Virus record (IMG/VR): IMGVR_UViG_3300034012_000174
Span: 1 to 60,510 of that record
Origin: a virus
Lineage: Duplodnaviria > Caudoviricetes
Length of the DNA stretch: 60,510 nucleotides
Strand: one strand, 5' to 3'
The translations under genes were made by a program, and so were the position numbers. The notes under the pieces were generated by a model, which was not told the origin of the DNA, did no database searches, and saw nothing but the letters and a program-made list of their open reading frames with translations. Below are positions 29,001 to 39,015 of the stretch, in pieces (the stretch's first letter is position 1; each line of letters begins with the position of its first letter).

Positions 29001-32000
29001 TAAAACTGACCCGCTAGAGGATGCGCTTTTTGATTTGGGGGCGTTTACTGATCTCAAGGAGTTTGTTGCCTACGGTCTGACCCAGCCCGAGATGCAAGAC
29101 TTCCTGATGAAGGTGCCCGGTCAATACAAGTTTGATGGCGACACCCTTAACCGTGGACTGCTCACTAAGTTTGTGCAGTCTATTCGCAAGATGTTTAGCA
29201 TGGGGCCGCAGTATGACTCTGCGTTCCAAGACCTTGTGGTGGTAACGGATCGTCTGCTACGTGCAGCCCCTGCCCCTTCTTCTCAGAGCACTATCATGGC
29301 TCTGGCAAAGAAAATTACCGCAAAGCAAAACAAGACTCTTGGCAAACTGGCAAAGTCGCAAAGTGCAACGGATTTGAACGCTAGTGTGGGCGAGTTAATG
29401 ATGCAAACCCGTAACGCCAAAGATGCGGTGCGGCTGCTTAAGTCTGCATATAGTGCTTTGTCTGTGGGTACTATACGTAAAATTTTGCCCACGCAAACTA
29501 CGATGGACATCACACGCTGGGTGGGTGATCGCATCAACAACCTCAAAGTCATCAACGACGCAGTGCAAGACATGGCTGGCATGCGTGCCAAGATGATTCG
29601 GGAACTGGCGCAGAAAGTCCCTGAGTGGGTGGCGTTTGGTCAGAAGTACGAAGACGGTGCTCGGGCGCTAGGCGATGTCATGCACGCATCTACGTTGCTA
29701 GGTGTTGACCCAACAGCGCACTCAGACCTTACCGATGCGTTGAAGAACGACACTCAATTGCAGCAGTTAAAAGCCGACTACCAAGCCGCACTTACTGACC
29801 CTAACAAGTCACCCAAACAACGAGCCACTGCCAAAGGCAACGTCACCAAACGTGAGAACGAGTTGAAGGTGGTGTACGAAGGTGGCTTGGTGGTGAACCC
29901 TCATACCGGGGAGAAGTACAACATTAGTGGTTGGGAGAGCCTTGCCAAGCCCATATTCGGTAACGGTGAAGGGCAGCGCATCTACGTCATGGCGCGTGAT
30001 GCCTACCGGGATACGTTTGACCTGCATCAAAAGTTGCTGATCGAGAAGATCACTAAGGCCAACATTCCGGGCAAAGCCAACCAACCCAATACCCCCAAGG
30101 GCAAACTGATTGCCCAGATTACGCAGACTTTCCAAGAAGCCCAACAGTTAGGGGTGTACTTCCCCCTCATGCGTTACGGCAACTACTGGTTGCGTATCGG
30201 TAAAGGCAAGTCGGGTGAGTTCTATATGTTCGAAACCGCAACGGCTCGTAACAACTATGCCCGTAAGCGTGCGGAAGAATCTGGCAAAACGCTCGATGAC
30301 ATGATCGAGAACCAAGATTACGATGTGGGTGATGACCTGCGCGAGATGCGTAACGACATCGTTGAGTCCAGTCAAATGCTCAAGGACATCTTCAAGGCAC
30401 TGGAAGACAGCGCCAAGATGGACCCCACTACCGGTAAGGCTGGCATTTCGGATGTAGACGCGATCAAAGATCAGGTCTACCAGATGTACCTGATGACGCT
30501 GCCTGATCGGGACATCCGCCGTAAGTTTACCCACCGCCAAGGTAAGACTGGTTTCAGTGCCGACGTGCTTCGTAACTTCATTGTGTCCCAGCACACTGCG
30601 GCTAACCAACTGGCACGCCTTGCCTACTCCGACAAGATTCGTCTGGGTATTGGTTCCGCTTATGCTGAACTTGCAGGCAACCCTGACAAGTTGAAACTCG
30701 GTGCGTTCGTGGATGAGATTGCTACGCGAGCCAGTGCAGAGATGACCCCCGCAGTTCCGGGCGAGTTTAACTGGGACCAAATGGCAAGCCTTGGTAACCA
30801 AGTGGTGTTTTACTACATGCTGACTTCGCCTAAGTCGGCCTTGGTGCAAATGACGCAGTTGCCGATTGTTGGCTTACCAGTCCTGACCGCCGAGTATGGT
30901 GCAACCGAGACGGCAAAAGTTACCGCTCGTTACTCCAACCTGTTTAACAAACTTGGCACTACTAAGGTAGACAAGAACGGCAACGTGACCACTAAGTGGG
31001 GCGAGCCTTCGATCAACGATTCCAACTACGTTAATAAGCATCCAGACCCTGAGTACCGCAAGGCACTCAAGCGTGCATGGGAAGCCGCCCAAGACCGAGA
31101 CATCTTCATGTCTACCTACGCTGCCGACATGACAAGCCGTGCCGCTGTGCCCACTGGCAAGTACGAAGGCTGGATGAAGAAGGGCACTCGGGCTACGTTG
31201 AACTTGATGGGCGGTGCCTTCCACCACTTGGAGCGCATCACACGTGAAATTATGTACATGTCCACGTTTGAACTGGAATTTGCTCGTGCTAAGAAAGAAG
31301 GGCTAAACAACTCAGACGCTACGGACCGTGCGATCAATGCTGCAACCAACATAGTGTACGAGGCGCTGTTTAACTACACCCAGTACAACAAACCGCGCAT
31401 CATGAAGGCTGGTGCTATTCCTCGTTTGGCTACCCAGTTCATGACTTACCCGCTTCAGATGACTTCATATCTGGTGCGCAACTTCTATGGAATGCTCCCC
31501 TACTTAAACAAAGAAGACAAACGTGATGCTGCCATCAAGTTCTTTGGTACGATGGGTATGACTGGCCTGTTTGCGGGTGTGGTCGGCCTGCCCGGGTACA
31601 GCATGATTATGGGTATGGCAGAGGGAATTCGAGAAGCACTTCGCCCTGACATGGAAGATGATGATTCCGATGAAGAGTACGACGAGGACGATGAAGGCGA
31701 CCCGCTGGGCAAACGCAGTCTCGACTTGTGGTTCCGTGAGTGGTTCATTCCAACTTACTTTGGTCGGGGTAGTGACCTTGCTAAGGCAATGGGTCTGACC
31801 GAAGAACAGGCTCTGGCTCTGCAACGTGGCGTTAAGATGGGGCCGATCTCTGCACTGACTGACCTGAACATTGGTGCATCGGTGTCGCTGGATGGTCTGT
31901 GGTTCCGTGACGATGTACCTGCGGAAGACTCCAAGGCTGCATTTACGCAGTTCATTTTTAACTTTGTGACTGGCCCATTCGGTAGCATGGGGCAACAGAT

Positions 32001-32544
32001 TGCCTCTGCTTTCGATGACTTCAACAACGGTCAATTTAACCGTGGGGTTGAAAAAATGCTTCCTGCGTTCTTCCGTGGTGGGGCAAAGGCCCTCCGGCTA
32101 TCGGAAGAGGGGGAAAAAAATCGCCAAGGAGATAAAATCCGTAGTGCCGAGTGGTACACCACGGGCAAATTGTTGGGCACGGCACTGGGTTTCCAAAGCA
32201 CTGAAGTAGCCGAGATTCAGAAAAAGAACTTCATTGCCAAACGCATGGAGATGGATATCGACAAAGACCGTAAAAAAGTGTTGGATGATCTTGATCTTGC
32301 AGTGCAGCGGTATGAAGACAATCCGACGGACCGCAACGAGACTCGTCTTGAAGACTCTCTAGTAGCCATTGACCGTTTTAACTACAAGAACGGAATGAAG
32401 GCTATCAGTGGTGAGACCGTGTCGAAGTCGTTGTCTGGTCGGGCACAGCGCCGTATGGAAGCAGTTGAAGGACTTAGCGTCAGCCCTCAATTTGCGCCAT
32501 ATATTTATCCACTGCTCGAACGCTCTCAAGTGCCGCAGGAATAA
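26077..32544 (+). CDS. Very large internal virion (polyvalent-type ejection) protein with a zincin-like HExxH
   Basis: 2155 aa; last gene of the late arm; G.Y...TIYL...TFLHEALHGAT...EFVAYG; Gly-rich hydrophobic segments near the C-terminus. Confidence 0.75.
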   Translation: MENPFAKYREQEEPNPFRKFAQEEPVAAPAPKKEEAVPVAAPAAAPAPKPAEVNPFAQYAPGAPAVAPQEEGSFWGEIKKGFGSAWEQIKYLPDALKLQASSEAIDMNKQLLNAYAQIDAGKEFSPAEASQLRMDYAMLRNYQKANPTKRAEIKGGGETFVKERSKQIIDAIPAYAEYQKRLEPYKGRVPDATDITSLKDFRDWLGFNVASGAVQLVPVMAAAYTTGGAGAFTVGTGLAMQEGIQNRLNFVLDKVKSLSPEEQATAVQEYLRATGDTTMAVALASGALDLAGPVGTILRKQLSKEVGKEAVKFETKRQAAKAAAKEAPREIGEEFLTGGAQEIAQIAGERNVGEQTGDIFSKENVKRVFNAAAAEAAGSLSGSGINVTTAVGKQALQERAERLAQEELTNQVREMERRTRQADVSAAADKIGPTFDALVAKYQAEGMSETDAFKAAGADIAQGRVDLGDIGTDTGRGEPSVSVPSGGAEVVESAAEPSETGTAPVAVPSAPVGDAGAGTQPVATALEGRVEPSLDVEALAALPVEPGPTLDVDALMAQEPRQLGRTEPSLEPMAAAEPGSLEEQVRQAYEPSIADQIIARANEITQEAADLGASVNPELALRAAEAQVTEVLDEAALTETAAPTETVETAAPTETVETEAETETAAPAETVALDAVTEDTPASALPVNPETGLKPKGKRGRKPVERTPEEQTAAEAQRKERQKVGRDSIRTAEKARAVIEKPFNVDDYDSMDAARAAAIELQQERDNALVEAYRILNDRNISPTSKAKQVAKRIIDHPSVDFQEKQRAQVRAKQPDTARADFLQGSTNAQPDTFYETVTDATKAIDHVIKTGNAFEKLLAQRIKPFLKGVNVVIVSDPETDIPDARTRRNFRGAMGLYVEKGKQRTIYLSNKPGLRGINNMTFLHEALHGATMAQINAWTKDPNSVSPQARAAVADLQKVMLQAYKYYAVMNVSGKTDPLEDALFDLGAFTDLKEFVAYGLTQPEMQDFLMKVPGQYKFDGDTLNRGLLTKFVQSIRKMFSMGPQYDSAFQDLVVVTDRLLRAAPAPSSQSTIMALAKKITAKQNKTLGKLAKSQSATDLNASVGELMMQTRNAKDAVRLLKSAYSALSVGTIRKILPTQTTMDITRWVGDRINNLKVINDAVQDMAGMRAKMIRELAQKVPEWVAFGQKYEDGARALGDVMHASTLLGVDPTAHSDLTDALKNDTQLQQLKADYQAALTDPNKSPKQRATAKGNVTKRENELKVVYEGGLVVNPHTGEKYNISGWESLAKPIFGNGEGQRIYVMARDAYRDTFDLHQKLLIEKITKANIPGKANQPNTPKGKLIAQITQTFQEAQQLGVYFPLMRYGNYWLRIGKGKSGEFYMFETATARNNYARKRAEESGKTLDDMIENQDYDVGDDLREMRNDIVESSQMLKDIFKALEDSAKMDPTTGKAGISDVDAIKDQVYQMYLMTLPDRDIRRKFTHRQGKTGFSADVLRNFIVSQHTAANQLARLAYSDKIRLGIGSAYAELAGNPDKLKLGAFVDEIATRASAEMTPAVPGEFNWDQMASLGNQVVFYYMLTSPKSALVQMTQLPIVGLPVLTAEYGATETAKVTARYSNLFNKLGTTKVDKNGNVTTKWGEPSINDSNYVNKHPDPEYRKALKRAWEAAQDRDIFMSTYAADMTSRAAVPTGKYEGWMKKGTRATLNLMGGAFHHLERITREIMYMSTFELEFARAKKEGLNNSDATDRAINAATNIVYEALFNYTQYNKPRIMKAGAIPRLATQFMTYPLQMTSYLVRNFYGMLPYLNKEDKRDAAIKFFGTMGMTGLFAGVVGLPGYSMIMGMAEGIREALRPDMEDDDSDEEYDEDDEGDPLGKRSLDLWFREWFIPTYFGRGSDLAKAMGLTEEQALALQRGVKMGPISALTDLNIGASVSLDGLWFRDDVPAEDSKAAFTQFIFNFVTGPFGSMGQQIASAFDDFNNGQFNRGVEKMLPAFFRGGAKALRLSEEGEKNRQGDKIRSAEWYTTGKLLGTALGFQSTEVAEIQKKNFIAKRMEMDIDKDRKKVLDDLDLAVQRYEDNPTDRNETRLEDSLVAIDRFNYKNGMKAISGETVSKSLSGRAQRRMEAVEGLSVSPQFAPYIYPLLERSQVPQE
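27991..28051 (+). repeat. In-frame 27-bp tandem repeat (ETAAPTETV x2)
   Basis: gaaactgccgcacctacggagactgtg at 27991 and 28018. Confidence 0.85.
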
Positions 32545-32569
32545 AAAACCCCGGGAATAACCCCGGGGT
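32543..32569 (-). terminator. Terminator between the convergent late and replication arms
   Basis: aaaaaa-ccccggg-aataac-cccggggt hairpin; U tract on the - strand. Confidence 0.75.
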
Positions 32570-32627
32570 GTAAGGTAGGCAACTACGCCAAGAAAGCGGA
32601 AGGAGCGATTCTTCCGCGCTCAGTATA

Positions 32628-32822
32628 TCAAAGACGCCATATCCGTAAACCCCTAACGCCGTCTTCAATCACAACTTTGGTCAGAATGTTGTACCGAAAC
32701 CTCTGTGTGGTACGACGAATCTCTTTCTCTGCAACAGGCGGGTTCAGGCAAGGGATGAAAAACGAGCACCCTTTCCTAAACTTTTTCCAGTTCACTTGGT
32801 AACTAACCTTCTCCACCAGCAT
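32628..32822 (-). CDS. Small hypothetical protein
   Basis: MLVEKVSYQVNWKKF..G.SFFIPC...GLRIWR. Confidence 0.6.
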   Translation of the reverse strand: MLVEKVSYQVNWKKFRKGCSFFIPCLNPPVAEKEIRRTTQRFRYNILTKVVIEDGVRGLRIWRL

Positions 32823-35634
32823 CGTTAGCACTCGGGGTTGCAAACTCATCCATGCTGATAAACTCAGTATTGGAGCAGTCAAAGATTAGCGAGTGCACCC
32901 CGGGCGATACAACCTTCATGCCTTTAGATAGTCGCTTGTTCATGGTGCCGAGGAAGATACCTTTCTTTTCCAACTGCGCCAGCGTGTCTTTGTAGTTCAC
33001 TTGGAATTTGACGCAATCATTCTTAAACGGCTTGGCGGCTAAAAACATCTTCTTAGTGTCTGGCTCATAGCGTATGAGCAACTCACCGCGAGGCTCCAGT
33101 GTCGGCAACATTGCCATGTTGGTGCGGCGATCAACCTCGTCGTTCACAACCAAGATGCTCTGCATGTGGCGGTTAATGTAGTCACCAACGACTGCCATCA
33201 CATCACTTGCTGGTGGCTTCACCTCCACACGTAAGCCTAAGATCATTTGGGTAGCCCACTTGTAGATGACTTTCATGTCCCAGTCGATCAGGCCAATGCT
33301 CTTGGCAATCAAACCACCAGTAATGTTTGCGGCAACTACGGCAGACCAGAAACGTTCACGCTGCGTAAGTTTAAGTTCCTTGTCAATCTTGGCTTGAATG
33401 CCAAGGACCGTGTTCTTTGCTTCTTCCAGATTGTCTACTAGCCACTTGGCATACAGGTCACCTGCGTATCCAAAGTTCTGTTTCAGTTGGTGATCGAACA
33501 TTTGCTTGGCTTCTGCCACGTCAATTGCTGGGCTGTAGTCGATCTTGTACTCAATCAGTCGCATCATCTCGCCGTCAGGGCTGCTTTTGAGTGAAGCCAT
33601 CTTCTCGTAGAACGAAGCGTTTGATGAGCACAAAGACATTGACTGCCACGAAGTGAGGTTTAGACGCAACTCGTTGGCGTTAGCCTTAACCCGATCACGT
33701 CCCCGTCCCTGCGACATGCTGTATGCCAATGTCGAAAAGTCTGCCGGAGTGGTGTTGGTCATCTCATCCACGGTGAATGGCAGGTTGTTCATCACACCAA
33801 GGCGCAACAGTTTTGCTTGTAGGGTGTCATCCCACATCGCACACAGTCTGCCGGGGTCTCCGTACACGCTGTTGCACATGTGCAAGATGGTGGTCTTACC
33901 TGTACCTGAGTTGGGATGAATAACGTTAATGATGGCTCCGTTCTGCCCCAAGAATTTAAGCAGGGGGGAACCAAAGGCTGTCAGCGTTGCAAACGCATGT
34001 GGTTCCAGACCGGGTCTACCATACAGGGCAAACACTTCTTTCCACTTGTCCAGTGTGCCCGTAGGTTGCATGTGTTGTGCTAGGTTGTGCGTAGTGCTCG
34101 ACGGCGGACTATGAAAGATGCCGTCTGGTGTAATTTCTCGGTCACCGATAATGAACTTGCTGTCCCTATCGGCCCATCCAAATTGTTGCCTCATGTGTTC
34201 TGCTCTCCGTTTATATTGAAGTTCTTTGATAGAGAGGAATAGGTACTCCATCAACAGATTAAAAGGTTTCGTGCTGCAAACTACGCCGTGACTAGAAAGC
34301 ACTTTGCGTAATTCGGTTTTGTCCGTGACTTGCACGTTCGACACAACAAACTCTTTAACCCCATCCCGAGGTAGGTGCAGTTTCATTACGATGACTTCAC
34401 CCAACACAGGGTCACGCATGCGCTTGACCACATACAGGTCGTGCTCATAGACCCGCAAGGGTTCTTCTTCGTCCCCCACCATCTTGTAAATACCACCATT
34501 CTTGCCACGAAAAAATGGGCTGGGGTACTTGGGGATGGTGTGAACTTCGGTGTCTTCGTCCTCCTCGTTCTCAACAACGACGGTGTTGTCTTCTTCCGTC
34601 GCCTCGGCAATCTCTTTCCCCAACACAATCGGAGATTTAATCTTGCCTTTGTGAGGGCATCCATCACACCCACCGGGGTTGCTGCGTTCAAACTCTGCGC
34701 AACTGTGCGGGCCAACTATGTGCACTACCTTTGCTTCAGTAGTTGCATAGTCATAATCTGGGTGGCCCTCGGACATCTTGTGGATGGCAACGTCACGGTC
34801 ACTGCAAAACTTTGCAATCGACAGCGCGTCAAACCATCGGGGTTCTGACAAAGTCTCGCGGTCTTCAAAAGCCGAAAGCAACTGTCTGCACCCGCCTTCC
34901 CCGCGCAACATAATCTTGCGGAAAGATGACGTGGTGTTCTGCATCATGGCTTTTGCCAATTCCGTCAACTCCCGTTTGGGGGCTGCGGGCTGTATCTCTT
35001 TGACTCCCAAAATCTTGCGGAAGTCATCGTAGTCAACAGGCTGGGCGTCGCTGATAATCTCTACCAGCGTAGGTGGATTGTCTTTAAAGTTGAATGTGCC
35101 GGGTATTCTCAGCACACGGGCAACTTCAAAAACTTTCCCGTCGATGTGGAAGTTGTGAAGAACACAAAGTTCGCGTAACCGCTCTGCGACTGGTTCCCAC
35201 TCCTCACGGGTAACTTCACGAGTCAGAGGCCAATATGCGTGGATGCCACGTCCGGAGTTGACTAGCAGTGGTCTTGGAAGCCCGATCTTCTTACAGAAGG
35301 TTTGTAGTTCTTGCAGTCCAGTTGCTTGGTCAATGTATCCATCGGGGCGTCCGGTCTTTTCGTTGATTGCGACTTTGGATTCTCCGCAGTCAATATCTAG
35401 CCAGAATGACTTCAGCCCTTTAACGTTTGGCTTTTTACGATTTTGGTCTGTCGCAAACTTGGCGACCCCAAAATAAACGTTTCGCTCTTGCGCCACAAAT
35501 TCTGCGGCGACTTGGTCTACTTCTTCGCGTGTTGCTACCAGTTTTTGCCTGACATCGTCTTCACCTTTTATGCCCAGCACTGCAAACCACCCATCGGGCG
35601 GTTGAACAATACTTAAAAGGTCTTTATCTATCAT
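32803..35634 (-). CDS. Primase-helicase (AEP/RepB-like primase, Cys-rich domain, DUF927 and P-loop helicase)
   Basis: FWLDID, NSGRGIHAYW, RVLRIPGT.N primase motifs; HSC...CDGCPH; SGTGKTT Walker A; TVDE Walker B. Confidence 0.85.
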   Translation of the reverse strand: MIDKDLLSIVQPPDGWFAVLGIKGEDDVRQKLVATREEVDQVAAEFVAQERNVYFGVAKFATDQNRKKPNVKGLKSFWLDIDCGESKVAINEKTGRPDGYIDQATGLQELQTFCKKIGLPRPLLVNSGRGIHAYWPLTREVTREEWEPVAERLRELCVLHNFHIDGKVFEVARVLRIPGTFNFKDNPPTLVEIISDAQPVDYDDFRKILGVKEIQPAAPKRELTELAKAMMQNTTSSFRKIMLRGEGGCRQLLSAFEDRETLSEPRWFDALSIAKFCSDRDVAIHKMSEGHPDYDYATTEAKVVHIVGPHSCAEFERSNPGGCDGCPHKGKIKSPIVLGKEIAEATEEDNTVVVENEEDEDTEVHTIPKYPSPFFRGKNGGIYKMVGDEEEPLRVYEHDLYVVKRMRDPVLGEVIVMKLHLPRDGVKEFVVSNVQVTDKTELRKVLSSHGVVCSTKPFNLLMEYLFLSIKELQYKRRAEHMRQQFGWADRDSKFIIGDREITPDGIFHSPPSSTTHNLAQHMQPTGTLDKWKEVFALYGRPGLEPHAFATLTAFGSPLLKFLGQNGAIINVIHPNSGTGKTTILHMCNSVYGDPGRLCAMWDDTLQAKLLRLGVMNNLPFTVDEMTNTTPADFSTLAYSMSQGRGRDRVKANANELRLNLTSWQSMSLCSSNASFYEKMASLKSSPDGEMMRLIEYKIDYSPAIDVAEAKQMFDHQLKQNFGYAGDLYAKWLVDNLEEAKNTVLGIQAKIDKELKLTQRERFWSAVVAANITGGLIAKSIGLIDWDMKVIYKWATQMILGLRVEVKPPASDVMAVVGDYINRHMQSILVVNDEVDRRTNMAMLPTLEPRGELLIRYEPDTKKMFLAAKPFKNDCVKFQVNYKDTLAQLEKKGIFLGTMNKRLSKGMKVVSPGVHSLIFDCSNTEFISMDEFATPSANDAGGEG

Positions 35635-35688
35635 GTCGAAAAAGGGGGCACTACCCCCTAGACTCCGTGTCCAAGGCGTTAAAAAGAA

Positions 35689-35919
35689 TCAGGTGAAAGA
35701 TTTGAGCAAGGTTTCGACTGCACCTACTGACTGATTCAAAGGGGTATTAGCCCCAGTGAACCAGTTGTAGACCGTCTGTCGGCTAACCCCAAGTCGGGAT
35801 GCAACAAGCGAGACAGGGATATTGCGTTTGATGCAAATCCTGCCTAACTTGACACCCAGTAACTTAGAGTCAGCCTCCTTGTTCAGAGCAATCAGCCGTG
35901 CGCTGTAGCCGTAACTCAT
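35689..35919 (-). CDS. Cro/XRE-like HTH regulator
   Basis: VASRLGVSRQTVYNWFTG helix-turn-helix. Confidence 0.8.
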   Translation of the reverse strand: MSYGYSARLIALNKEADSKLLGVKLGRICIKRNIPVSLVASRLGVSRQTVYNWFTGANTPLNQSVGAVETLLKSFT

Positions 35920-35923
35920 CGAG

Positions 35924-36850
35924 TTACTCGTCTTCGCCCCACTGACTTACAACGTCAGCAAGACTTGCCTTAGCCTTGGGCGCAGGCTCGGCTTTTTTAA
36001 CTTGGCGCTTTACAGGCTCTTCGATTGCTTCGTCTTCGGGTTCATCCGAACGAACGACTGCCTTCTTCGGCTCGACATCGTCAACCTTTACCTTGGCTTT
36101 GTTTTCCACGGCAGGGGGCTGCTTCTTAACACCATCGGCTTGTGCCACGGTAATCATGGTGTACATCTTGGTCTCAGGCTTGGATTGCGCAGCCTTGACC
36201 AGTTCGTACTCTTCGTCGCTGATGTTGCGCAACGGGGTAAACAGCAGTTCCATAGAATCTGCGTTTAAGTCGTAACTGATGTTGGTCATCACATTGTCAG
36301 GAGACTCGCCATTGGCGATCAAGAACTTGACGTATGACTCGAACGGATGCACGTTACCGTGACCCTTGCCGAACAGAGATTTGGCAGGGACGTTGAACTG
36401 GTACACATCACCACTGGAATCACCCTCGACCATCACCGAGATGCGACGCTGATAGCGGCAGGCTTTACCACCGTTGTCGCCGGAACCCTTAATGTTCTGA
36501 GGGCAGTCAGCGCAGTTGTCGTGTTGCTTGTCACCAGCAGCGGCTTCAGGTTTGTCACCAAGATTAGACCAGCAGTTCGGCAGAGTGGGTTCGCCGTTGG
36601 GGTCATACTTCTCTTTGTAATAGATACGAGAGACCTTGGGCAGTGCACCCACGATGATGACGTTGATCTCGCCACGGATGGCGTTACCAATCTGCTCACC
36701 GTTGACGATGCGCTTGAACGTACCGTTGGTATTGGTCTGGATACGACGCGAGGTCGTAGACGATGCCAAAGATTTGGCGAGGTCGCTTAGTTGGCGGTTA
36801 CCCGAAACGGCGACGGCGTTTTGCTGTTTGAAGATGGCGAGATTGCCCAT
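35924..36850 (-). CDS. Putative ssDNA-binding protein
   Basis: R.YY...CWS...CADCPQN..GS...KACR Zn motif; acidic/aromatic C-tail (QWGEDE); replication module. Confidence 0.6.
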   Translation of the reverse strand: MGNLAIFKQQNAVAVSGNRQLSDLAKSLASSTTSRRIQTNTNGTFKRIVNGEQIGNAIRGEINVIIVGALPKVSRIYYKEKYDPNGEPTLPNCWSNLGDKPEAAAGDKQHDNCADCPQNIKGSGDNGGKACRYQRRISVMVEGDSSGDVYQFNVPAKSLFGKGHGNVHPFESYVKFLIANGESPDNVMTNISYDLNADSMELLFTPLRNISDEEYELVKAAQSKPETKMYTMITVAQADGVKKQPPAVENKAKVKVDDVEPKKAVVRSDEPEDEAIEEPVKRQVKKAEPAPKAKASLADVVSQWGEDE

Positions 36851-36984
36851 TACTTTGCTCCTTTGAGAAATTGGTAAAAAGTTTGTGCGTACTGCACAAC
36901 CTGCTCAGGGGTTGCCCCCACTACTTGAATTGCGAGTTGTAGCGCAGTCACCCGCGCCTGCAACTCCAGTTGCTTCTCATCCAT
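36850..36984 (-). CDS. Small hypothetical protein (44 aa, absent from ORF track)
   Basis: AAGGAG RBS; MDEKQLELQARVTALQLA...AQTFYQFLKGAK*. Confidence 0.6.
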   Translation of the reverse strand: MDEKQLELQARVTALQLAIQVVGATPEQVVQYAQTFYQFLKGAK

Positions 36985-36993
36985 AGTCGCTCC

Positions 36994-37401
36994 TTACTTG
37001 GCAGTTGGTTTACGGACTTGCACGGTGTACTTGCGCTCATTCTGAAGCCCAGCCGGAAACTTGTCTGGGTTGTCCTCCAAGAACTGTCGCATGTTGGAAT
37101 TGTGGATTCGTTGCTCCAATAGGAAAGGTGCATCGTTGTTCTTGATGAACTGATACATCGAATCCCAATCGCTCGTCCAGTACCGTGACGACACCCGGCG
37201 AGAGATTGTTCCTACTGGTGTTCTGATGCTGTCCATGTTCTGCTCGTTGCAGATTTCAAGCAACTTGTTGCCGACCACGTCGAACTGATCTTTCAGTTCT
37301 TGTAGTTCAGTTTTGTGCTGCTCTTCTTTTGCTTCGATGGCAGTACGAATCTTGAGATAGATGCTCACAAGTTCGTCAATGGTCAATTCTGTTTCTGTCA
37401 T
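36994..37401 (-). CDS. Conserved replication-module protein
   Basis: AAGGAG RBS; coiled coil then SIRTPVGT...DWDS...LLEQRI. Confidence 0.75.
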   Translation of the reverse strand: MTETELTIDELVSIYLKIRTAIEAKEEQHKTELQELKDQFDVVGNKLLEICNEQNMDSIRTPVGTISRRVSSRYWTSDWDSMYQFIKNNDAPFLLEQRIHNSNMRQFLEDNPDKFPAGLQNERKYTVQVRKPTAK

Positions 37402-37431
37402 GAGGTCGCTCCTTCTTGCTTTGGAAAGTTG

Positions 37432-37459
37432 AGTATAACACAACTTTTGACTTTGTCAA
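37432..37459 (-). promoter_or_regulatory. Sigma70-type (middle) promoter
   Basis: TTGACA-16 nt-TATACT with TG extension; spacer nearly identical to the promoter at 44889-44916. Confidence 0.7.
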
Positions 37460-39015
37460 ACGTCTTGTGAAATTTCTTGGCGATACAGGTCCACGATTTT
37501 TTCGTGGTTTGTTATGTTGTTCTGGAGCATGCTGTACAGCCTGCTCTCAACTTCGCTGCCTTTGATGTGCACGATGGTCATCGCGTTTTTCTGACCCGGA
37601 CGGTTGATTCGGGCGTTGGCTTGCAGGTAAGTCTCCACGCTTGTAACGGGGGCGTACCAAATAATTGTGTCTGCTGCGGTAAGCGTAAGGCCATGAGAGG
37701 CTGCTTGCGGCTGGATGATGAGCACGTGAGGGTCAGATTTTTCTTGGAAGTCTTTGACCAATTCACTGCGTTTGTTGACGCTGACTTGCCCGTTGATGAC
37801 ACCGCACGAAATGTTGTTCTTCTCCAGCACTTCACGGAGTAACTCGATGGTGTGCGTGAACGGTACAAAGACCAGCACTTTGTGGGAGGCTTCTTCGATG
37901 ACTTCAAGGATGACCTGTATCCGGTTGGATACATCAAACTCAATCACCTCGCGGTTGTCGGTATAGACCGCACCGCCTGAGATTTGCAGCAACTTGTTGA
38001 TGTTAGTCGCTGCGTTGACTGCTGTGACTTCTTCGCCAGCGGCGCTGATCGTCATCTGCTTCTTGAGCATCCGGTAGTACTTCAACTGCTGCGGCGTCAA
38101 GGGGGCTTCGCGTTCAACGAATGTCACCTCGGGCAGGTCAAGACACTGATCTTTCTCAAATCGAATGGCGGGTTGCAAAACTTTATGCACCACACCTTGT
38201 GCTTGAGGCTTAGGTAGCCACCGGAACTGCGACACTTTGTACATCACTTGGTCACGGAACTGACCAAAGTATTTTGGAGAACCTTCAGGGTTGACCAGTT
38301 TTGCCAGCCCGTATGCGTCTAGCGGAGACTGCGCAGCCGGAGTGCCTGTCAGCATCCAAAGCCAGTCAGCCTTGGCGGCAACTTCTTTGAGTACTTTCCA
38401 GCGGTTGGTCTGCGGGTTCTTGTATGCGTTGGCTTCATCGACCACGATCAAATCAAAGCCACCGTTGAGGATTTCTTGCTTAACGACAGCCAGTCCGTCA
38501 AAGTTAATGATGACAAAGTCCGAACCTGCGTTGATGACTTTGGCTCTGGTCTTGGCATCCCCGTGAGCAACAGAGCAGGAGCGGTGCATGGCGAACTTGA
38601 ACAAGTCTTGCTGCCATGCGGATTTCATAATAGACAGAGGGCACAAAACAAGCACACGCTTTACGCGCCCAATCTTCATCAGGTAGTCAGCCGCCCAAAT
38701 GACGGACGCTGTCTTACCCGTACCCTGTTCGTTGAAGCAGAAGGCTTTGGGGTAGAGGGTCAGAAAAGATGCGGTCTCTTTCTGATGAGCAAACGGAGTT
38801 AGTCTGCCAGTCCACTTGTAGTCGCGCAGGATGGGCGACGGGGCATCTTTGATACCCAACCGTGCGAGGGCTTGTGCCTCTTTCAATCCCCAGTTGACAG
38901 CAACTTCGTAGACACCGTCCTCTTGGGAGAGGACTGCGCTCTTTTTGATCTGTTCAGTGATGGGGTGTGGCTGCTTAGTCTGGAGCAGCAGGACTTTGTT
39001 ATCTACGATTTGCAC
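37456..39015 (-). CDS. SNF2-family helicase
   Basis: EQGTGKT, VVDEA, LTGTP, HGLTLT, QANARINRPGQ motifs. Confidence 0.9.
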   Translation of the reverse strand: MQIVDNKVLLLQTKQPHPITEQIKKSAVLSQEDGVYEVAVNWGLKEAQALARLGIKDAPSPILRDYKWTGRLTPFAHQKETASFLTLYPKAFCFNEQGTGKTASVIWAADYLMKIGRVKRVLVLCPLSIMKSAWQQDLFKFAMHRSCSVAHGDAKTRAKVINAGSDFVIINFDGLAVVKQEILNGGFDLIVVDEANAYKNPQTNRWKVLKEVAAKADWLWMLTGTPAAQSPLDAYGLAKLVNPEGSPKYFGQFRDQVMYKVSQFRWLPKPQAQGVVHKVLQPAIRFEKDQCLDLPEVTFVEREAPLTPQQLKYYRMLKKQMTISAAGEEVTAVNAATNINKLLQISGGAVYTDNREVIEFDVSNRIQVILEVIEEASHKVLVFVPFTHTIELLREVLEKNNISCGVINGQVSVNKRSELVKDFQEKSDPHVLIIQPQAASHGLTLTAADTIIWYAPVTSVETYLQANARINRPGQKNAMTIVHIKGSEVESRLYSMLQNNITNHEKIVDLYRQEISQDV

